Origin: an uncultured Dokdonia sp.
GTDB taxonomy: Bacteria; Bacteroidota; Bacteroidia; Flavobacteriales; Flavobacteriaceae
Direction of reading: 5' to 3'
Assembly: GCF_947492815.1 (NCBI RefSeq)
Contig: NZ_CANLOB010000014.1
Location: forward strand, 325 to 64,324
DNA length: 64,000 nt
This document shows, piece after piece, positions 19,001 to 27,098 of this stretch (its first letter is position 1; every line of letters begins with the position of its first letter). A program made the position numbers and the translations under genes. The notes beneath the pieces are model-generated. The model did not search any database. It saw only the letters and a program-made list of their open reading frames with translations, and was not told where the DNA came from.

Positions 19001-20677
19001 GCAATAACAACATCTAGTCGTATTGTGATTACTGCTGACACCGAAAATTACAAAGATGCTATTAGTAAAGAAGTAGTTATCACATCTCCTTTCTTTCCTA
19101 ATGAAGCCAGTGTTTCTAGCTTAGAATCTGCTTCATACACATTAGATCTTAAAGATTATATCCCTTCTTCCGAAACTGGAAAAATCACTATATACACAGA
19201 TATTACAGCACAAGTATTTGATGGAATAGAAGGATTAATACGTAAACCATATGGTTGTTTTGAGCAAGCCTCAGCTACCATCTATCCCAATGTACTTGTC
19301 ATGCAATATTTTAAAGACATGGGTATTTCAAATCCAGAAGCAGAAAAAAAAGCCATGCAATATATACGCAAAGGTTATAGAAAGCTAAAAAGTTATGAAG
19401 TAAAAAGCGGAGGGTTTGATTGGTTTGGAGAAGCTCCCGCCGATGATGGTTTAACGGCTTATGGTATTCTTGAATTTACAGACATGAAAAAAATATATCC
19501 CGATGTAGATCAAAAACTCATTGATAGAACGACAACGTGGTTATTAAAACACAAAGACAATAAAGGAGGATTTCACGGCAATAATGGACACTCTGGTTTT
19601 TCAAAAGTTTCTAAAAATATTACAAACGCTTATATCATCTATGCGCTTGCTAATGCTGGACTTAACTATCAAATCTCTAAAGAATTTAATACAAGTGTAG
19701 AGGAGGCATTAACTTCTGAAGATACTTATAGAATGGCGCTTATGGTAAATGCTGCATTTGCAATGGGTAGAAAAAACGAGTCCTTGCAACTTATAGAAAA
19801 GCTAAAAGCAGTTATAAAGGATACTTCTTTTAAAGAACTCCCTATTGAACAAACAATAACGCACTCTTACGGCCGTGACAAAATAACAGAAACTGTTGCA
19901 CTTATTACAAGCGCTTTATTAAAAGAAGAAAAACCAGATAAGAAACTTATCTTCAAGTGTATTAATTACATTTCTAAACAACGTACCTATGGTCGTTTTG
20001 GATCTACACAAGCAACGGTATTATCATTAAAAGCATTGATTGCATTTGCAAAAACTCAAAAAGAAGCAACTAAAAATTCAGATCCGCTTATATATGTATC
20101 CTATAACGGCACTGAAACATCTTATAAAATTGATAAAAACACCACTGGTAAGATGGAAATTCCTATTGCCAGAGAAAATATGTCTCAAGGAAAACTAGCT
20201 ATTAACATACGCTACGATGATACAAAAATAGTACTTCCATACAGTATAGATACATACTGGGAAAGTAGTACTCCACAAGAAAAAGCGAAAGGATCATTAG
20301 AACTCATTACAGAAATCGTTTCTCAACCTATAAAAGTAGGTGACAACATCAGAATGAATGTTACTGTAGAAAACACAGACTCAAAACCTACTGGAATGGT
20401 TACTTCCATCATAGGAATACCTTCTGGAGCTACACCACAAATTTGGCAACTCAAGGAACTAGTAGAAAAGAAAGAAATTGATTTTTATGAGATTTCAGAA
20501 AATTTCCTTGTCATTTATTGGAGAACATTTAATCGCTTTGAGAAGAAAAAAATTGCGATAGACTTAAAAGCTGAAGTTGCGGGATCTTATACTGCACCTG
20601 CAAGCGCAGTATACCTTTATTATGGAGAAGAATACAAACACTGGCTCAAAGGAACACAAATTGAAATAGAAAAATAA
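16040..20677 (+). CDS. Alpha-2-macroglobulin-family thioester protein with internal TonB box and SusC plug domain
   Basis: MG2 start (YLHTDRPFYFPGETIWFK); plug at aa 664-802 (LSEVVVTGYG...VIRG...FIVDG...LKGLAAATLYGTAGRNGVIVITTK); A2M motif FRNTIYWNP; thioester PYGCFEQ at nt 19247-19267; C-terminal receptor-binding-like domain. Confidence 0.88.
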   Translation: MKNLYILILLFFCSMTVTGQFFEPIDRIEKTYLHTDRPFYFPGETIWFKGYITNAHQDITLLSQGIIVELVSPKGVVLKKSNLSIEDGYTYGEFLIDASWVGGTYTIKAYTQWSKNFGEEALFTKNITVQKIIQPRLQLKFDFEKEAYGPGSVVHAKLIIKDLENNALKSIPCTYTLAIDGRIVSKEITSTTQEGLLNLKTSLPEDLSTTDVIVQAQIPFEGNIESIARSVPITLDAIDLQFMPESGYALEGYKNTIAFKALNPYGKPADISGIIKNSKGEEITSFESFHNGMGSFELTPKSNETYTAFITKPFTSTIAYPIQKIQKEGTTLHLASLENNIATFTIHSTSIQELQLVASDVLQQCYETTVKVNSEETIIKVPVDSIARGITKFSLIASNDQIVSERLVFVNYDKALDITVRVDKEHYNLRDSVVVTVKTAVQDKPVAANLSIAVADNALLSFADDRQDTIESYFLVSSELQGSIYKPNFYFDAKEKKAKKALEYLLLTHGWRSYLQTMPPEITKATFAPEIPALRRVFITDSLNNPVKAKLLLTKRYSDDVWTLETNEEGVAQFQLNTNNPYGNYTLIAYTDDKTPLFIHDSAPISRTQESFAYSQNNNRYLDTKTRQILRNKNKNNINKKTAKKKFAVNANASTSLLASENALSEVVVTGYGIKREKKSVGYAVSEVNSDEIEFQSESNLARLLSRKVSGIDITSQSGASGSATNVVIRGYNSVSGSNQALFIVDGVPFDYSSIASSQVNGGRFLDLDPENIASVNVLKGLAAATLYGTAGRNGVIVITTKNKTHRYSIKKRWRKDYPDVTYAIKNLNTYRNKVYHNTSKRFYMPIYNNAVIPEQRDDFRNTIYWNPVVQTNNEGKATFKFYTSDAVTSFKITTEGVSHTSALGRSETDISTIKLLNLDVKIPPYLSTRDTVQIPITIRNKQDKAIQAKVNIELPSSITLLDFPSEDHITIPAKGFKVIYASIIPTAITTSSRIVITADTENYKDAISKEVVITSPFFPNEASVSSLESASYTLDLKDYIPSSETGKITIYTDITAQVFDGIEGLIRKPYGCFEQASATIYPNVLVMQYFKDMGISNPEAEKKAMQYIRKGYRKLKSYEVKSGGFDWFGEAPADDGLTAYGILEFTDMKKIYPDVDQKLIDRTTTWLLKHKDNKGGFHGNNGHSGFSKVSKNITNAYIIYALANAGLNYQISKEFNTSVEEALTSEDTYRMALMVNAAFAMGRKNESLQLIEKLKAVIKDTSFKELPIEQTITHSYGRDKITETVALITSALLKEEKPDKKLIFKCINYISKQRTYGRFGSTQATVLSLKALIAFAKTQKEATKNSDPLIYVSYNGTETSYKIDKNTTGKMEIPIARENMSQGKLAINIRYDDTKIVLPYSIDTYWESSTPQEKAKGSLELITEIVSQPIKVGDNIRMNVTVENTDSKPTGMVTSIIGIPSGATPQIWQLKELVEKKEIDFYEISENFLVIYWRTFNRFEKKKIAIDLKAEVAGSYTAPASAVYLYYGEEYKHWLKGTQIEIEK

Positions 20678-20745
20678 TGTCATTTATGATACACCTTCAT
20701 AATACATAATGTAGGTTAAAAAGAGTGTTTAGTTGGTTTGTTGGA

Positions 20746-20786
20746 AGATCCGCATATATGTTTTTAGGAGGGCATTATGCGGATCT
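20746..20786. promoter_or_regulatory. 11-bp perfect inverted repeat (terminator or operator candidate)
   Basis: AGATCCGCATA (20746-20756) and TATGCGGATCT (20776-20786) between the A2M gene and the T9SS gene. Confidence 0.35.
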
Positions 20787-20928
20787 ATTTTTAATTCAAA
20801 ATTGGTTTGTAAAAATAGATCGGGAACTCATAGTATTTTATCGGGGCTTCGTAAATGTCGATAAAAGTAAACTTCGTTTCACAAAAGCCAAAAGATATTT
20901 GTTTTTAACAATCTAAAAACAAATCAAC

Positions 20929-22143
20929 ATGAAAACACAATTATCTTTCATTATAGTATTCATAACCTTTATAGGTTATAGTCAAACATTTACAAATTAT
21001 ACAGTAGCAGATGGTGTTATTCCTGGTGTCATTTATGAAATCATTCAGGACACTGATGGGGACATTTGGTGTGTTGGTTGGACGGAACCCGATACGCCAG
21101 GTATTGGTAGATTTGATGGGACAGAATGGACTCAGTTCGGAACAGAAGACGGTCCGCACAGTAATACAATGGTCTCTTCCTTTCAGGATAGCAGTGGAAA
21201 TTATTGGTTTGGCTGTGTTCCTTTTTTTGGAGACGATGGTGTAAGCATGTTTGATGGGACAACTTGGATACAATTTTCTACGGCTGATGGATTAGCAGGT
21301 TCAAATGTAGAAGATATTATAGAGGATACAGATGGTAACATTTGGTTTGCCACAGGCGGTGGTGCCTCTATGTTTGATGGAACAACTTTTACAAATTACA
21401 CTATAGAAGATGGGTTATCATCTAATGCACTTACAGGTGTTATTCAGACTACTAATGGTGATTTTTGGTTTAGCACTGCAGACAGTGGTGCCATTCGATT
21501 TGATGGTACAACATTTACAAATATTACTGTAGAAGACGGACTTGCCTCTAATGAACTAAGCAGAGTTTTTCAGGATCAAAACGAAAATATCTGGTTCAGT
21601 TCGGGATTTAGCGATACAGGTTTGACACGGTTTGATGGTGACTCGTTTACCATATTCACTACCGTAGATGGACTCGCTTCAAATAACATACGAGAAATAG
21701 CTGAAGACAATGATGGAAATGTATGGTTTGGAGGAGGTTTTGGTGCATCACGTTTTGACGGTACAGACTGGTTGGTATTAGACCAAAGTGATGGACTCCT
21801 AAGTAGTGGCATAAGAGGCATAGAAGCTGATGATGAAGGCAATATATGGTTTGGAACTTTTGAAGGAGTAAGTGTTCTTAACGCAGGGTCTTTATCTACT
21901 GAAGAAGAAAACTTAACCTCATTTTCTATATTTCCTAACCCAGTTCAAGATCAGCTAACGATACAAGCTCCAGGTGCTTCAGCAGTCTTAAAAGTAAACC
22001 TATACAGCATATTAGGTGAACTTATTACATCGCAGGAAAACACAACAATTGTTGATATGTCAACACTTTCATCAGGAGTTTATTTTGCAGAAATCTTAGC
22101 GATCAATCAACAAGCGCAGACCATAAAAATCATTAAAAAGTAA
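20929..22143 (+). CDS. T9SS cargo: two-component-regulator-type beta-propeller plus type A C-terminal domain
   Basis: About seven repeats of FTxxDGLxSNxVxxIxEDxxGNIWF; CTD FPNPVQD...LSSGVYF...KIIKK; signal peptide. Confidence 0.85.
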   Translation: MKTQLSFIIVFITFIGYSQTFTNYTVADGVIPGVIYEIIQDTDGDIWCVGWTEPDTPGIGRFDGTEWTQFGTEDGPHSNTMVSSFQDSSGNYWFGCVPFFGDDGVSMFDGTTWIQFSTADGLAGSNVEDIIEDTDGNIWFATGGGASMFDGTTFTNYTIEDGLSSNALTGVIQTTNGDFWFSTADSGAIRFDGTTFTNITVEDGLASNELSRVFQDQNENIWFSSGFSDTGLTRFDGDSFTIFTTVDGLASNNIREIAEDNDGNVWFGGGFGASRFDGTDWLVLDQSDGLLSSGIRGIEADDEGNIWFGTFEGVSVLNAGSLSTEEENLTSFSIFPNPVQDQLTIQAPGASAVLKVNLYSILGELITSQENTTIVDMSTLSSGVYFAEILAINQQAQTIKIIKK

Positions 22144-22167
22144 TACCTATCCCTATTCATTCAAATT

Positions 22168-22202
22168 AAGGTGTTTTCACAAGATACATTGGAGACACCT
22201 TT
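22168..22202. terminator. Stem-loop between convergent T9SS genes, probable terminator
   Basis: AAGGTGTTTTC...GGAGACACCTT pairs with G:U. Confidence 0.45.
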
Positions 22203-22311
22203 ATCTGTTTAGTAAATAGCATCTATTCTAAATACGCTTTCGCGAAAGCGTACCCAACCTTATTCCCATTTATTGAATAGTAATTGTAATACCTAAGAAG
22301 CATCACACATT

Positions 22312-23391
22312 CTATTTTTTTATAAAACGCTTAAATATATTTTTTTCATCCTTCATTACAAAATGAGCAATATACATTCCTTTAGCGAGGAAGCTCACAT
22401 CCAAGTACGTATGCATCGTATCTTCTATATACGTAGTAATAATGCGTCCGTTTACATCCAGAATATGCAGTTTTTCTAGGCCCTGCATTTGAAGTGTTAA
22501 AATATCTGCTACTGGATTAGGGGTAATAAGAATATCAGATAGCACCGAAGTATTTTTAACAGACAATACCTCTTCTGGAAAAAAGAAGATCGCTCCTTGA
22601 ACATTATCTGTAAAATATAATTTATTGTCATGCAGTGTGATATTCTCAATTTGATACACTTCTGGATCTAGTGTAATTGTTCTTGAAAATATCCATGGAG
22701 CTGACTGACTCGTATCAAAAATAGTAATGGAATTACTGTCTCTAAATAACACATATACTAAATTACCGTGTACTTCCAATTGATCTATAAATGCACCAAC
22801 ATCTATAAGTAGTTCTTTTGTAGTATTAAAAGAAGAGATTTCTGCTCTATGCAATCTAGTTCCCTCATCATAATATATAATATCATCTGCTACTGCAATA
22901 TTTTTTACATGGACACCACTATCGCCAAATATACTTCCATCTCCATAAGGGTCTATGTCGGTAAGTCTAAAAAATAAAGATCCAAAATCAGAAAAGGTAA
23001 AGAAGTATTCATCATTATATACTTTAAGATCATATAACTGCTGACTATTAAAATCCATAAACAAGCTAGCATCACTAATCTCGGCAGTATCAAATGGCGC
23101 TTTAAACCAATTAAAAACATCTCCAAAATACACGTAGGATTCGTCAGGGTTCCAAAAAAAGTATTTTATATCTCTCGGAATCTCTTCTATATTCACCAGT
23201 AATTGTGCTTCGGTTGGATTTAATAAAGCTACTTGTTTAAGGCCTTCTTGTTGTGCGATATAATACACATAATCATTTCTAATTTCTATCGGTCCTAAAT
23301 GATCACTTCCATCTTCATAAAACAATACTGGGGTTTGAGAGAACACGTGTACGGTGAGTAAGAAAATGAAAACAGAAAGTATATTTTTCAT
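22312..23391 (-). CDS. T9SS cargo protein, probable beta-propeller, with type A C-terminal domain
   Basis: Signal peptide; CTD ITPNPVAD...LAKGMY...KRFIKK. Confidence 0.75.
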   Translation of the reverse strand: MKNILSVFIFLLTVHVFSQTPVLFYEDGSDHLGPIEIRNDYVYYIAQQEGLKQVALLNPTEAQLLVNIEEIPRDIKYFFWNPDESYVYFGDVFNWFKAPFDTAEISDASLFMDFNSQQLYDLKVYNDEYFFTFSDFGSLFFRLTDIDPYGDGSIFGDSGVHVKNIAVADDIIYYDEGTRLHRAEISSFNTTKELLIDVGAFIDQLEVHGNLVYVLFRDSNSITIFDTSQSAPWIFSRTITLDPEVYQIENITLHDNKLYFTDNVQGAIFFFPEEVLSVKNTSVLSDILITPNPVADILTLQMQGLEKLHILDVNGRIITTYIEDTMHTYLDVSFLAKGMYIAHFVMKDEKNIFKRFIKK

Positions 23392-23403
23392 AGAATGTGT
23401 ATT

Positions 23404-23862
23404 CTAAAAAACGGATGTAATGGTAAATACGCTTTCGCGAAAGCGTATTTCATCCCCTTCTTCTTTACTTAGTAGACGCTGACCTATAGGAGAGGTTGCG
23501 CCAATAGCAAAAAAAAGAGTACCATCTACTGTAATTTGTCCTGCAGGAATACTTATAAAATAATTATGTTGTGAAGTCATAACAGCACTTCCTAAATGGA
23601 CAGGCCCAGAGGATATAGCTGTAGAAACACGTTGTAATATTGCTTCTAGTTTTTCTATTTCTGCCAATTGTTTCCCAGCGTTCTCTCTTTCTAACTGAAG
23701 CATTGCTCTTCCTGTTTCATGCTTATCTCCTGCAGAACTTTTGGTTTCTTCTTTAAGAGATAGCGCCACATTCTTTAGTATGTTATCTACCGCTGCGCGT
23801 CTAACGGCCAGTTGAGATTGACAGTGTTTAAATAGTGCTTCTTTTAATGCTTGTTTTTTCAT
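23404..23862 (-). CDS. GreA/GreB-like protein
   Basis: ETKSSAGDKHETGRAM coiled-coil segment; SPIGQRLL...GD C-terminal domain. Confidence 0.65.
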   Translation of the reverse strand: MKKQALKEALFKHCQSQLAVRRAAVDNILKNVALSLKEETKSSAGDKHETGRAMLQLERENAGKQLAEIEKLEAILQRVSTAISSGPVHLGSAVMTSQHNYFISIPAGQITVDGTLFFAIGATSPIGQRLLSKEEGDEIRFRESVFTITSVF

Positions 23863-23870
23863 AGATTTTT

Positions 23871-24488
23871 TCAGATTACATCTATTTGCTTTTTTATTTG
23901 ACTTAGATCACTAATCTCATATTCTTTCAAAAGTTTTTCTCTTCTATTTATTTTTAAATACTTCCATCCTATATTTTTTGCGCCTATAACATCCGATTTA
24001 AAAGAATCTCCAATCATGACTATTTCATTTTTAGTATTTCCTGTGAATTTCTCAACTTCTTTAAATATTCTTTCATTTGGTTTTAAAGCACCATAATCAC
24101 AAGAAAAAAACAAACCATCAAAATACGTATAAAGATTAGTTTCAAAAACAGGCTTTTTATAAGGTGACGCTAAATTGGAAATTAGGAAAATTTGAAAATC
24201 TTTCTTCAATTCCTCAAGCACACTAAAAACTTCTTTATAAACTACGATTGAATCTAATTCTTTTTCTAAATCTACTTCATTCTTATAATACAATTCTTTA
24301 AATTCAATTGGTAAAATAGTCATTACATCATCGATCTCTCTTGTCATTATAAGTTCTAAATATGCGATTACATTTAAGCCAAAACCATTTTTAGAAGTTT
24401 TAAATAATTTTAAAAAAAAATTATTTGATTCTTTTATTTCAATTAAAGTATTATATAAATCAAAAACTATAATTTTAATATTATTCAT
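23871..24488 (-). CDS. HAD-superfamily hydrolase, very AT-rich
   Basis: FDLYNTL, LISN, KP, MIGDS...DV motifs. Confidence 0.8.
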   Translation of the reverse strand: MNNIKIIVFDLYNTLIEIKESNNFFLKLFKTSKNGFGLNVIAYLELIMTREIDDVMTILPIEFKELYYKNEVDLEKELDSIVVYKEVFSVLEELKKDFQIFLISNLASPYKKPVFETNLYTYFDGLFFSCDYGALKPNERIFKEVEKFTGNTKNEIVMIGDSFKSDVIGAKNIGWKYLKINRREKLLKEYEISDLSQIKKQIDVI

Positions 24489-24625
24489 TATTTATAATAA
24501 TTAATTTATCGGGTTAAACATTTACTACTAATCTTTAGAAAGAGAGTAACGGAAAGTTCTTTTCTTTTTGTATCCAAAAATTACAAAAACAAAAGAACAA
24601 CCATCCCACAATGGGCTATCATTAA

Positions 24626-25750
24626 TTAGTCACACCTTACTACCAAATCAGCCAAATCTCTTCCCACTTGACTACCTATCGCTATTCCCATTCCACCTAA
24701 GCGAACGCCAGCGTGTATGCGATGAGAGAGTTTCTTAACAATAGGTTTCTTTTGCGTTCCTACACCCATAATTCCACTCCATCGTCTATCTATTTCAAAA
24801 GAGGTGTTTGGTAAAATCACTTCTTTTAATATCTCTTCAAGCTTATTTTGAACTAAAGCTGTCTGTCCTAAATCGGTGGTTTCTTCGGTGGTGAAATCTA
24901 GATTACGACCTCCTCCAAAAAGAATACGATTATCTATGTTCCTAAAATAGTAATACCCTTTATCTAAATGGAAAGTTCCTTTTATCTTCAAATCTGGAAT
25001 TGGTTTTGTGATCAATACTTGTGCTCTCGCAGGTTTTACTTCTTGTAAGCCTAACTGAGAAGCAAAACCATTCGTTGCCAATACCAATTGCTTACTCTCT
25101 AAAGAAAACTTGTTTGCACGAATCAGCACAGCATTCTCTTTTTCTTCGAAAGCCTCTACCTGTACACCATTCATAATGTTGATACCTTTTTGAATAGCAA
25201 GTTGCAATAAACGCTCCATCATAGCACCTGTATCAATCTGCCCTTCAAAAGCATTATAGATATAGTGATTTTGAATATGCTCAAATCCAAATACATTTTC
25301 TTTTGTACTGTATACAGGGGCCTTAAAAATAGGATATAGTAATTCGTTTATGTTATCTATATTTTGCAAACAATCTTCATAGAATACCTCATCTTCTTCT
25401 GTAAACAGTTCATAACCTCCTAATTCTTGATATCCTAAAGCAGTATCTTCCACGGTATCTCTCAATAGTGCTAAACCATCTATACGTTGCTTTACAAGTG
25501 CTACGACTTCTTCTTCAGAATGTGACGTAAGGTCGTCGAGAATTTCAGAAATACTTCCAAAACAAGCAAAACCAGCATTTTTAGTACTCGCACCTTGCGG
25601 CAACATGCCTTTTTCTAAAATAAGAATACGCGCCTTGGGAAATTTTTCGCGCAAGCGTAAAGCACAATTTAATCCTACAATACCACTTCCTACAATAGTA
25701 TAATCAATAGCAGACAACCATGATTTGTATTCCCAATAACTTAAACTCAT
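24626..25750 (-). CDS. FAD-dependent oxidoreductase (DAO/PuuB-like)
   Basis: IVGSGIVG dinucleotide fold, GASTKNAG, GGMGIAIG. Confidence 0.85.
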   Translation of the reverse strand: MSLSYWEYKSWLSAIDYTIVGSGIVGLNCALRLREKFPKARILILEKGMLPQGASTKNAGFACFGSISEILDDLTSHSEEEVVALVKQRIDGLALLRDTVEDTALGYQELGGYELFTEEDEVFYEDCLQNIDNINELLYPIFKAPVYSTKENVFGFEHIQNHYIYNAFEGQIDTGAMMERLLQLAIQKGINIMNGVQVEAFEEKENAVLIRANKFSLESKQLVLATNGFASQLGLQEVKPARAQVLITKPIPDLKIKGTFHLDKGYYYFRNIDNRILFGGGRNLDFTTEETTDLGQTALVQNKLEEILKEVILPNTSFEIDRRWSGIMGVGTQKKPIVKKLSHRIHAGVRLGGMGIAIGSQVGRDLADLVVRCD

Positions 25751-25908
25751 ACGCGTAAAGCTTTAAGTAAAAATAAGCATCATCCTTCACTTTATATAGT
25801 TTTCTTGTAGAGGATCTCTACTTTCTTTTTTACATCTCTCAAACAAAAAAATATTTTTCTGTTAGCCTTGTAAAATAGTTACGTCTAAGCAAGCCTAACG
25901 ACATCATC

Positions 25909-26391
25909 ATGACATCATTTCTACTCGTGTTATTTTTATGGGCTTCACCTTCTACAAATGAAGGAGCTGTACGAATGTATAATAAAGAATACTATGCAAA
26001 TGGCAATCTGAAATCTGAAGGATGGATGATGAGTGGTGAAAAAACAAGTTATTGGTACCATTATCATGAAAATGGAAAAATTGCTTCAAGAGGGCATTAT
26101 AAAGGAAATAATAAAACAGCATACTGGTATTACTACGATAAAAACGGTTCTTTAACCCGAGAAGGGCATTATAAAAAAGGAATCGCCGAAAATTGGTGGA
26201 TTTTTTACGATCTTGCAACCCAAGAAAAACGTAAAACACAATACCAAAACAATAAGAAAAACGGATTTAGTTTAATCTATCAGAAAAACAAGCTAGTAAA
26301 GGTCGAGAAATACACCAAAGATGTGTACAAAGGTATGTGGACCAGCATTAGTAGTTTTAGGCGTGACAACCCTGATGTAAAGATGTACTAG
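25909..26391 (+). CDS. MORN-variant repeat protein (YwqK-like), exported
   Basis: Repeats of YYxNGxLxSEGxxxxGxKxGxW; signal peptide. Confidence 0.75.
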   Translation: MTSFLLVLFLWASPSTNEGAVRMYNKEYYANGNLKSEGWMMSGEKTSYWYHYHENGKIASRGHYKGNNKTAYWYYYDKNGSLTREGHYKKGIAENWWIFYDLATQEKRKTQYQNNKKNGFSLIYQKNKLVKVEKYTKDVYKGMWTSISSFRRDNPDVKMY

Positions 26392-26405
26392 ATTTGCCAC
26401 CTATT

Positions 26406-27098
26406 ATGAATCCCATCATCAAAGTTATTATTCCGGCTTATAATGAGCAAGATTCTATAGGTCTGGTCATTAACGATATTCCAGATACTGTACAAGAAGT
26501 TATTGTGGTAAGCAATGCTTCTACAGATCAAACAGATGAAGTTGCAAAAAAAGCGGGAGCCACCGTATTGAGAGAAGATACGCCTGGTTATGGAAATGCC
26601 TGTTTGAAAGGAATGGAATACGTAGCCAACTCAAAAGACAAGACAGATATTATTGTTTTTTTAGATGGTGATTATAGTGATTATCCCGAGCAATTACCAT
26701 TGCTTATTACGCCTATTATGGAAGATGGATGTGATATGGTGATTGGGGCGAGAGATAAACGCTTTCGCGAAAGCGGATCCATGACCATTCCACAAGTATT
26801 TGGAAATTGGCTAGCCACGACCTTAATGCGCCTCTTTTTTAGAGCTCGTTTTACAGATTTAGGCCCTTTCAGAGCCATGAAATATACAAGCCTTCTCGAA
26901 TTAGAGATGGAAGATAAAACCTATGGTTGGACAGTAGAAATGCAACTTAAGGTATTAAAAAAGAAAATGAAATACACAGAAATCCCTGTTAAATACCGTA
27001 ATCGTATTGGGGTTTCTAAGGTTTCAGGAACCGTAAAAGGTGCTATCTTTGCTGGCATAAAAATTTTAAGTTGGATATTTAAATATAGTTTTAAATAA
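26406..27098 (+). CDS. GT2 glycosyltransferase (polyprenol-phosphate sugar synthase-like)
   Basis: IIPAYNE, FLDGD, TDLGPFRA, YGWTVEM; start moved to ATG at 26406. Confidence 0.85.
   Translation: MNPIIKVIIPAYNEQDSIGLVINDIPDTVQEVIVVSNASTDQTDEVAKKAGATVLREDTPGYGNACLKGMEYVANSKDKTDIIVFLDGDYSDYPEQLPLLITPIMEDGCDMVIGARDKRFRESGSMTIPQVFGNWLATTLMRLFFRARFTDLGPFRAMKYTSLLELEMEDKTYGWTVEMQLKVLKKKMKYTEIPVKYRNRIGVSKVSGTVKGAIFAGIKILSWIFKYSFK

Noticed and set aside
20929-22143. Internal DNA repeats as a mobile or VNTR element
   Set aside because: Explained by the repeated propeller blades of the protein
25909-26391. YwqK-type antitoxin of a toxin-antitoxin pair
   Set aside because: Generic MORN-variant repeats with a signal peptide; no toxin gene adjacent
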